A stretch of DNA of 64,000 nt from Octopus vulgaris (taxonomy: Eukaryota). The DNA is taken from positions 64,728,001 to 64,792,000 of the forward strand of contig OX597817.1 of assembly GCA_951406725.2 (NCBI GenBank), read 5' to 3'. Both the position numbers and the translations under genes were made by a program. Each line of letters starts with the position of its first letter. Positions within the stretch are counted from its first letter, which is position 1. Shown here in pieces: positions 53,506 through 64,000 of this stretch. A model generated the notes under the pieces. The model searched no databases and was not told where the DNA came from. It was given only the letters and a program-made list of their open reading frames with translations.

Positions 53506-53899
53506 CCATTTTGCACACCTATTATGCCCACCCCCTGCCCTCCCACACCACCATCATTTTAATTTGTACTTTAAATTTTCACATGGCGACTCATAAATTT
53601 CAAGTGCTGTGTATGTGAAAACATATTTTGAGTATATCATTATACCTGCTCCTTATACCCTCATACAAGTGCCCTGATGAGTGTTGTATACAGTTAAAGG
53701 TACCTCATATCTGAATATTTAGACATATTATACTGCCCTATGTAACCATCCTATACTCATACTCACTTGTTGGCTTTTGCTCTAGATGTTGGATGAGGTG
53801 GGGGAAACTGTGATTCATTGTAATTCACTGAATAAAGTTTGTATCAAAGCTGTATGCCAACTGGCAAGCATTTTCGCAGATCTTCGTTCCAGGTGATGA

Positions 53900-55419
53900 C
53901 AAAATTTCCACAACTACCTTACTACCACCACTCCCAAGTACTCAATTTTTGGGCTATTACCATTAATGTTGGCACAATGAAAGGAAGGAGTGGGAAGATT
54001 GTTGAAATGTTAGAGCAATGCCATGTTGATATGTGTGGTGTACAAGAAGCAAGATGGATTCAAGAAGCAGCTAGATTCCTCACAGGTAAGAGACAGAGAT
54101 TCAAATTCCTTTGGGTTGGCAGGAATGATGGAATGGGAGGAGTAGATATACTGTTAGCAGAAAAGTGGATAGATAAGGTAACTGAGGTAGTCAGAGTATG
54201 TGATAGTGTAATTAAGATGAGATTTATCATAGGTAAATTAACAGTTACATTTATCTCTTTTTATGCTCCCCAGTCTTTGCTGATTGATGAGCAGAAGGAC
54301 CAATTCTATGAGATCCTTTTGCAAACCACCTCAACAACAAATGACAGAGACTTTGTTACTGTGGCTAGTAACTTCGATGGATATGTTGGACAGCACCCCC
54401 ATGGATTCCAGGGAGTGCATGGGGGCTGTGGTTTTGGACCTACAAATGAGGAGGGAACAAGACTGCTGGAGTTCTGCAATGCAAATAATCTCATGATCTG
54501 CAACACTAACTTCAAAAACCAGCCAGCCACTTAATTACGTATCAGTCTGGTGAGCACATAAGCCAGATTGACTACCTCCTCACCAAGCAATGAGATAGAC
54601 AGATGCTTAAAAGTGTAAAGTCTTTCCCAGGTGAAGAGTGTACAACCCAACATAGGTTACTAGTTAGTGACTTCAAAATTAGAGCTAGAAAGTCTTGGAG
54701 AAATAAACCAATCAGGAAAAGAAGACTATGGAAGCTCAAAGACTCAGCAAACAGACAAAAATTTAGAGATTTACTTATGGAAGCTTCTGACGAAAGAAAG
54801 GAAGAGTTGGGGACATATAACATAAAGGACAATTGGAAGTTCCTGCGGGACAATCTACTGAGGGCTACGGAGGAAATCTGTGATTGGTGCAGAGTCCCAG
54901 TTAGACCAAGGGTGACATGGTGGTGGAGCAAGGAAGTTGATAGTGTTATAAAAGCAAAAAGATAGGCCTGGAAAGACTGGAAAACATGGTGGGATTAGAG
55001 AATTATATCAGGTAGCCAAAAGGGAAGCTAGGGGTCAGGCATACATGGAAAAAGGAGTAGCTGAAGGTAAGAGATTTGCAAATGTCCTACAATGTGAAGA
55101 TCAGAGGTGTGAGGTGTTCAAGATTCCAAAGCAGTGTATCAGAGAAAATCGAGATGTGGTAGGTGACAAATGTGTGCAAATGGAAAATAGTATGCTTGCA
55201 ATTAGTGACTCAGAGAAGAAAGATGCATGGAAGTGTCACTATGAAAGGTTACTAAATGTAGAAAATGAATGGGAAAAGGAGAGTTTACCAAATGTCAAAC
55301 GAATTGAGGGTCCAGGCAAAGGATTTGATAGCAGCATAATAGATAAGGCAATTAAGGACATCAAGTCAGGGAAAGTCTCTGGGCCATTAGGAATCACTGC
55401 CAAGATGATTAAAATTTCC

Positions 55420-55420
<1 letters not shown>
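53900..55420 (+). mobile_element. RTE-clade LINE 5' part (AP endonuclease and linker), frameshifted
   Basis: [85 protein letters not shown]. Confidence 0.92.
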
Positions 55421-55999
<579 letters not shown>

Positions 56000-56243
56000 T
56001 AATATCATTTGTATTCTCTATATTATTAAAATTAGATATATTACAGTTATAACAGTAGGCTTCCCATTTAACTCTAGATACAAAATCCTTAATATCATTA
56101 GTAAGTTTCAAAATAAATTCTTTCCTAGATGGTATTGGAATATCCTTCAAAGATGAATTCTAAAGTAGTGGTTCAATCTTACCTGTAAGTTCCATAACAT
56201 AGAAAATTGAGATTTAAATGCACTCAATAAATGTAAGCTATCA

Positions 56244-56282
<39 letters not shown>

Positions 56283-59032
56283 GGTTAGGGAGTATAACTC
56301 CAAACTTACAGGGAAAAAATCAAATTGATATTAATTCAAATTTCACAATATAAATATATAAAATATGAATTAGAGAAAAAAAACCCACTATTATGCAATT
56401 CAAACAATCATAGACATAAACCAAATCATAAATAAAAAATAAAATATATTTTTATAAAACATATAACTAGATCACAAAAAGTATAAAAAGGAAAAATCAA
56501 TATATAATAAGAAAAAAACTGCGTATGTTTCATGGCTATAATTAAATTTGATTTACAATTAAATTTATATTTAATCGAAAATCAATTCAGTTTAAAATTA
56601 TAGTCACTCTTCAGGTTAACAATAATAGTTAAATAAATAAGCAAATAGAGTTAAACAATAATTTTTTTTAAATAAATAAATAAAATAATGATTTTTCTTA
56701 TAGAAGAAATTCCATTAACTAAATTTGAAACTTAAAACATTAGGATCAGTTTCCTACAATACATTTATTATGTTAAATATTTAAGGTAAAAAATAGAGTA
56801 AATAGATAGAAAAATGTATTTATCTGTGAAGATTTAATTTAGCTTAATAAAAAGCATTAATAAACTATAGAATATATTTAACCTAGTTATACTCTAATAT
56901 TTAATTACCAAACTATTTAACAAAACAATCACTCTTAATATTTTTAGATTCTAGTTTGCATATAATAATTATAAAATAATAAATACATAAAAATAAATAT
57001 CTAAATAATAATCAACAAATATAGTAATTAAAAATCTATATTTTTTCTATCAATAAACATATAAACAATAAATAAATTAGTCCATTATTACTTACATACA
57101 AAATAAGAATTTTAAAATTCCAAAGTAAAAACGTGTAAGCTATCTTTATAAAATACTTATTACTACTATTATTATTAATTGTAATAGTACTAGAAATATT
57201 ATATGACTAGAAATATAATAAGAAACTTAAAGTTAAATTTAAACATTTTTACAATCTAGATCCCAAAGTGACTAACTAATATCTTAAAATTTACGTTCAG
57301 ATATAATAATTATAAAATGATTATAATTAAATAAATGTACATATCTAAATTATCATTAACAAATAAAAAAAATTATAAATTCATATTTAACAATCAATAC
57401 TTATATAGAGTACAATAATATTTCTTAAATAAAAAAGTTTACTTATCTCTCCAAAAGGTATATTATTAACTAAAAAATTTCAAAACAAAAAACGTCTTAT
57501 AAATTACTCATGAAATTACGTTGCTTTAAGAAATAGCACAAACAGATGGAAATATACATTTTATCAATGAAAACTACGAATATATTTTAGCTTTAACAGA
57601 AAAAGAGAATAAAATGTCTAACAGAATAAAATCACTATACACTAGAATATCTTTCACTAGAAAACTAAAATTTAGAATTAACTATGATAAAATATACTCA
57701 AATCACCATATAGTAAAATTAATTTATATAACTACAATTAACTGTATATTCTCTAATAATCTTATACAAATTTATTTATTTCATATATATAAATATAGTT
57801 ACATTGGAGCCAAACCTTTATTCGAACAAAACAACTTTTAGACCCATTCTATATAAACTCAGTACTAATTCAACCGGTATCAATATTATAACCACTAATT
57901 TAATAAACTTAAGTTAATTTAAAAACTATAAAAAATTAATATTCATTAATAAATTATATTAATTAATTAAATAAATATCTAAATAAATCTAATTCGAAAT
58001 ATATAATACAAAGTCATTTTGATTAATATAAAAAAAAAATATTACAAACCATAAACTAGACTGTCATTTATAACAAATATATATTATATATCAAATTACT
58101 ATTTAAAACAAATCCTAACTAATAAATTAAACTTATTATATAAGTAAAGTAATTTATATTTAGATCAAATATTTTGTTCGTTAATTGAATAAATAAAGTA
58201 CATATTATTTTATAAATAAATAGTACATAAAGAAAAGAAAATTTACTACATATTCAAAATTGTTTAACGCTACTAAAACTATTTCCCCCCAAAATACTTA
58301 ATACTATTAATGTTAGTACACATATAATAACTATAATAATAATAATAACAATATCAACAACAACAATAACAAAAAAATAATGAAATAACTATTTTTTAAT
58401 CTATATTCATTAAATAAATTATATATTTAGTAATTAAATAAACATCAAAATATAATCTAACTCTAAGTATTTAAAAAACCTTTATCAACTCTTATTGACT
58501 TATATTCAAAACACCCTACAAAACTACAACCACAACACTATTATAATTAATTTATTTATTTAATAATAAATATTTGATTTAGACTTATTTAATTTTGTAA
58601 TATACAAAATAAAAATCACATACTAAATTATAGAACTAATACTAGTACAAATTATAACTACAAATTAGAAACAAAAATAGGGTTTAAATATACTCACTTT
58701 TTGTATAAAAATTTATTATATAAGTAATTTGTGTCTACATTTAATTTTACGTTCGTTCAATGAATTAACTAATTTATTATGATTATTAAATATTATTTCT
58801 TTAAATTCACTAGAACGTAAAAAACAGGATTTACTACCTATACTATATGATTTTGCCTTGCAATCTGTCTCCCACTTTAAATTATACTTAATTCGTTGGG
58901 ATTTATGTTCCCATATATATATTTACTAAGCCCAGTAGAGTTCATAAGATTTCTATTCTTAAAGGAATGCAAATGTTGAGCTACTCTTAATTTAATTTTA
59001 GAAGAAGTAGACCCTATATAGATAGCGTTTAA

Positions 59033-59087
<55 letters not shown>

Positions 59088-59445
59088 TCATCATGTAACG
59101 ATACATTTATAAATAACATTATGTAGATTGCATTTATTATTAAATTTACAATTATTTTTATCTCTACATGTACAATCTATGAGAACGTTATCTTCATTAT
59201 TGGTATCATTATAAAATATCGTTTTACAGAAATTATTCAACTTAAATTTATTAAAAGAAGAAATAATGTTACCTACATTATTAGTGGTAGAATAACCAAC
59301 TCCAAAATTATTACTACAGAAAATTTTTTATATTTACGATTATCATGAATGAATTGTTCAATAATATTTAAGATCTCTTTAATAATATTAGTTTTAACTT
59401 GAGTCCCATAAGGAACAATTAACCATATTTTATTCCTATTATTTA

Positions 59446-59479
<34 letters not shown>

Positions 59480-59800
59480 ACTATTATTATTAATAATACT
59501 ATTATTATTATCATTACTATTATTATTATTATTATTATTATTATATTTCTTTTTAATGTTATTAAAATTATTATCATTTATCGAATTAAAATTAAAATTA
59601 GTCTTATTTCTATTTTTATTATTATTATTATTATTAAAGAATTTAATATCATTATTATACCCTGCCTCTCGCAGGGATTCATTATAATAAGGTGCATGTT
59701 TATTGAAAATCTATAAATCATAAGAAAGCAATGATATTTGTTTACTAATATTATTTACCAACGATTTTTTAATTGAGGGTGGGTGATTACTATATCTAAG
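56000..59800 (-). mobile_element. 5'-truncated Penelope-like retroelement: RT thumb, GIY-YIG endonuclease, long AT-rich 3' region, HHR, and restart of the ORF N-terminus (pLTR tail)
   Basis: Minus strand: SNHPPSIKKSLVNNISKQISLLS..APYYNESLREAGY (about 59660-59790); CTCRDKNNC..KC; AIYIGSTSSKIKLRVAQHLHSF..STGLSKYI (58900-59030); then [26 protein letters not shown] (56050-56155). Confidence 0.85.
56517..56617 (-). ncRNA. PLE pLTR hammerhead motif (two core-adjacent substitutions)
   Basis: AAC-CUGAAGA-GUGACUAUAAUU...AAUUAUAGCCAU-GAAA-CAUACG-CA-GUU. Confidence 0.6.
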
Positions 59801-60077
59801 GTATATTCGGGAAAAGATGGAAGGATGTAGTAAGGAAGTTGGGTGTGAATGACCCTATTTCATTTCATCCTTGAAAAAAAAAGCATGGTGTAGACGGGCT
59901 TCAAGGATAAGTTTATATCGTAAAATCTGTGAAATTTTAAAATTAATATTCATCATCATATTTTTAAAAACCAATTTAAAAGGAACTCATAAATGTAGTT
60001 TATGTTTGTAATGTCCTGTATTGTCCCATCTGTGTATGATATAAAATTATCATAATAAAGAATCATTGTTTAGGCAT

Positions 60078-60124
60078 ATCTCATCGACAAGAGTCAATAT
60101 ACTCGAAACAGCGATGTCTGAGAT
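60078..60124 (+). ncRNA. Type I hammerhead ribozyme with variant core (U3-A8, C4)
   Basis: AUCUCA-UCGACAA-GAGU caauau ACUC-GAAA-CA gcga UG-UC-UGAGAU; all three stems pair perfectly. Confidence 0.7.
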
Positions 60125-60419
60125 TCCTGAAAGAGGGCAACACTGAACAAATAGAGTGTTTTCAGACCTTTTTACCATAACAGATATTTTTCTCCATGGT
60201 AACTGCAGTGTATTTGCCTTTAGCAGTTGAAATATGTGACAAATATATTTCAACTAAATTGTAAATATATGTAAACACTGGTTAGCACCATTACTCTGAT
60301 ACACACACACACACACATATATATGTATATATACATATATACATACAATACATATATATACATATATACATATATATACATTTATACATATATACATATA
60401 CATACATATATAGACATAC

Positions 60420-60452
<33 letters not shown>

Positions 60453-60614
60453 TGAAAGAATGGAGTTGAACGACTAGTTAACAAATATCCTTTATTCTCG
60501 ACATATGTTTCAACCGTGTTCTTTCTGATGTGAATTTGCTACCCAGGTATCGGTTATCTTTCGAATTATCCTTAATAAGATAACTCATTCAATTAATCAA
60601 ATATATATATATAC

Positions 60615-60646
<32 letters not shown>

Positions 60647-60714
60647 TTAGACATACATATAAATATACATACATATATATACATATATATATATATATAC
60701 ATATAGATACATAC

Positions 60715-60745
<31 letters not shown>

Positions 60746-60799
60746 CATACATATGTATATACATATATATATATACATTATGTAAATATATATATAATG

Positions 60800-60856
<57 letters not shown>

Positions 60857-60863
60857 GTGTGTG

Positions 60864-60894
<31 letters not shown>

Positions 60895-60959
60895 GTGTAT
60901 ATATATAGAAACACCAGCGATAATAATTAATTTTATTTTATCGCATTTTGAATTTGTTT

Positions 60960-62058
<1,099 letters not shown>

Positions 62059-62147
62059 TATATATACACATATACATACTTATATATACGTATATACATA
62101 TACATGCATATGTATACATATACATACATATACATACATATATACAT

Positions 62148-62206
<59 letters not shown>

Positions 62207-62218
62207 CATACATATATA

Positions 62219-62432
62219 CATCATCATCATCATCATCATCATCGTTTAACGTCCGTTTTCCATGCTGGCATGGGTTGGACAGTTTGACTGAGGTCTGGAG
62301 AGCTGCACCAGGCTCCAATCTGACAATGCTTCTGCAGCTGGATGCCATTCCTAATGCCAACCACTCTGAGAGTGTAGTGGGTACTTTTTACATGCCACTG
62401 GCATAGGAACCAGTGAGGTGGGCCTGGCAATG
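62219..62432 (-). mobile_element. SINE/RTE-tail repeat
   Basis: catcatcatcgtttaacgtccgttttccatgctggcatggg...cagctggatgcc. Confidence 0.85.
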
Positions 62433-62434
62433 AC

Positions 62435-62684
62435 CACTTATATACACACTGATGAATTCAAGGAAAACAAATATATAAAAAGCCATCTGAGTAAAAATTG
62501 CAAATGAATTGCAGATGTACTCACATCACATGATTTTGGACCCTGTGATAAACACTTAGTCTTCATCAATGAGTACTACTGCTGAAGTGATACTCACTGC
62601 CAAAGACTAAGTGTTTATTACTGGATCCAAACTCACATGATGTGAGTATGTCTGTAACTCACTTGGGATTTTTATTCATTATAG
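62435..62684. repeat. Palindromic element with HHR-like arms, copy 2 (truncated)
   Basis: Same family as 52303-52675; centre atgagtactact-gctga-agtgatactcac. Confidence 0.85.
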
Positions 62685-63114
62685 CTCTGTTCACATGAGG
62701 TTCATTACCTCTGAAGATAACAGGTGAAGTTAGAGCGGGCTAAGAGTCTGCTATGAGCTGCTGGCTTTGCAGTGTTTCTCAGTGTAAGCGAGAAGGAAGA
62801 AAGAGAAAAAATGTCTTAATTCTCCTGCTTAAATAGTCGTTGCCGATGAGAGTCTCGCTGTCATCTCACACATGGCAAATGGTTGCAGGCGAGATCTCGC
62901 TCCTGTCTCAGACATGGTAATGACTACCAGTGAGATCTCATACAAAATGGTGCTGGCTTCTTGTGCCTCTCTACACCTTCATTGTTTTACCTTACTGTGA
63001 ACCCTATGCTATTGCACCTAACCACTTCTGGCATCCTATGTGTTGATATACCTAGATCTCTCTCTCTCTCTCTCTCCATCTCCCTATATATATATATGTA
63101 TATATGTGTGTGTG

Positions 63115-63263
<149 letters not shown>

Positions 63264-63274
63264 ATTTATATATA

Positions 63275-64000
63275 GCATTATAGTCAACTGCTGCAAAGGT
63301 AGAGATGATGCCTTAGACAGAAATAATTACAGAGGCATCAAATTGCTGGGCCAGGTGATGAAAGTCACAGAAAGGGTCATAGTTCAATTAATTAGGAATA
63401 GAGTTAGCATAGATGAGATGCTGTTCAGATTTGTGCCAGGTAGGTGCACAGCTGATGCTATATTCCTGCTGAGGTAACTGCAGGATAAATATCTAGCCAA
63501 AAATAAACTTCTGTACCTGGTTTTTCTCAACATGGAGAAAGCCTTCAACAGAGTCCCCTGCTCCCTTATCTGGTTGTCAATGCAGAAGCTAGGGATAAAT
63601 GAGTGGTTGGTGAGAGCTGTTACAAGCCATGTACAGGGATGCTGTCAGTAAGGTGAAGGTTAACAATGAGTATAGCAATGAATTCAGGATACAAGTAGGG
63701 GTTCACCAAAGCCCTCGGTCCCCTCTTATTCATCATAGTCCTCCAGGCAATAACAGAGGAATTCATGATGGGTTGCTCCTCTAGGCTCATGACCTTCTTC
63801 TTATACCCAAATCACTACCAGAACTAATGAAGAAATTTTAAGCATGGAAACAAGGTCCAGAATCGAAAGGTCTTAGAATAAATCTATCAAAAAACCAAAG
63901 TCTTAGTAAGTAGGAGAGCAGACAAATCACAAATCTCTTCAAGTAGATGGCCTTGCTCAATCTGTAGAAAGGGTTTGGGTAGTAACTCCATAAAATGTAC
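63275..64000 (+). mobile_element. RTE-clade LINE RT part (probable continuation of 53900-55420)
   Basis: [25 protein letters not shown]...[20 protein letters not shown]...MEKAFNRVP...VGVHQ. Confidence 0.92.

Noticed and set aside
56650-58700. Possible mitochondrial insertion (NUMT) or control region, given the extreme AT content
   Set aside because: No tRNA, rRNA or mitochondrial ORF seen; it lies between a PLE ORF end and its pLTR ribozyme.
60190-60203. X-box-like TTCTCCATGGTAAC (also GTTTCCATGATTAC at about 45188 and GTTGCCATTAAAC at 31944)
   Set aside because: Each has mismatches, two lie inside TE remnants, and such matches are expected by chance.

Overview
AT-rich, repeat-dense eukaryotic DNA. 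The SINE families and huge (TA)n tracts look like those of an octopus or other coleoid cephalopod, which is an inference. The left half carries a + strand RFX1/2/3 (DAF-19-like) transcription factor gene. Twelve coding exons (7674-30271) splice with GT-AG sites and matching phases into about 664 aa covering the DNA-binding, B, C and dimerisation domains; the 5' exon(s) were not found. The rest is intergenic, with SINEs, LINE remnants, hAT- and piggyBac-type MITEs, Helitron pieces, an internally deleted mariner and Penelope-like (PLE) retroelements. One RTE LINE appears split by about 7.9 kb of nested insertions. The most striking unexplained signal is a set of type I hammerhead ribozyme (HHR) motifs: an intact-core HHR antisense in an RFX intron (20445-20528), a variant-core HHR with a U3-A8 covariation plus U4C (60078-60124), a PLE pLTR HHR (56517-56617), and two copies of a palindromic element built from back-to-back HHR-like units (52303-52675, 62435-62684). 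All calls were made by eye; no searches were run.
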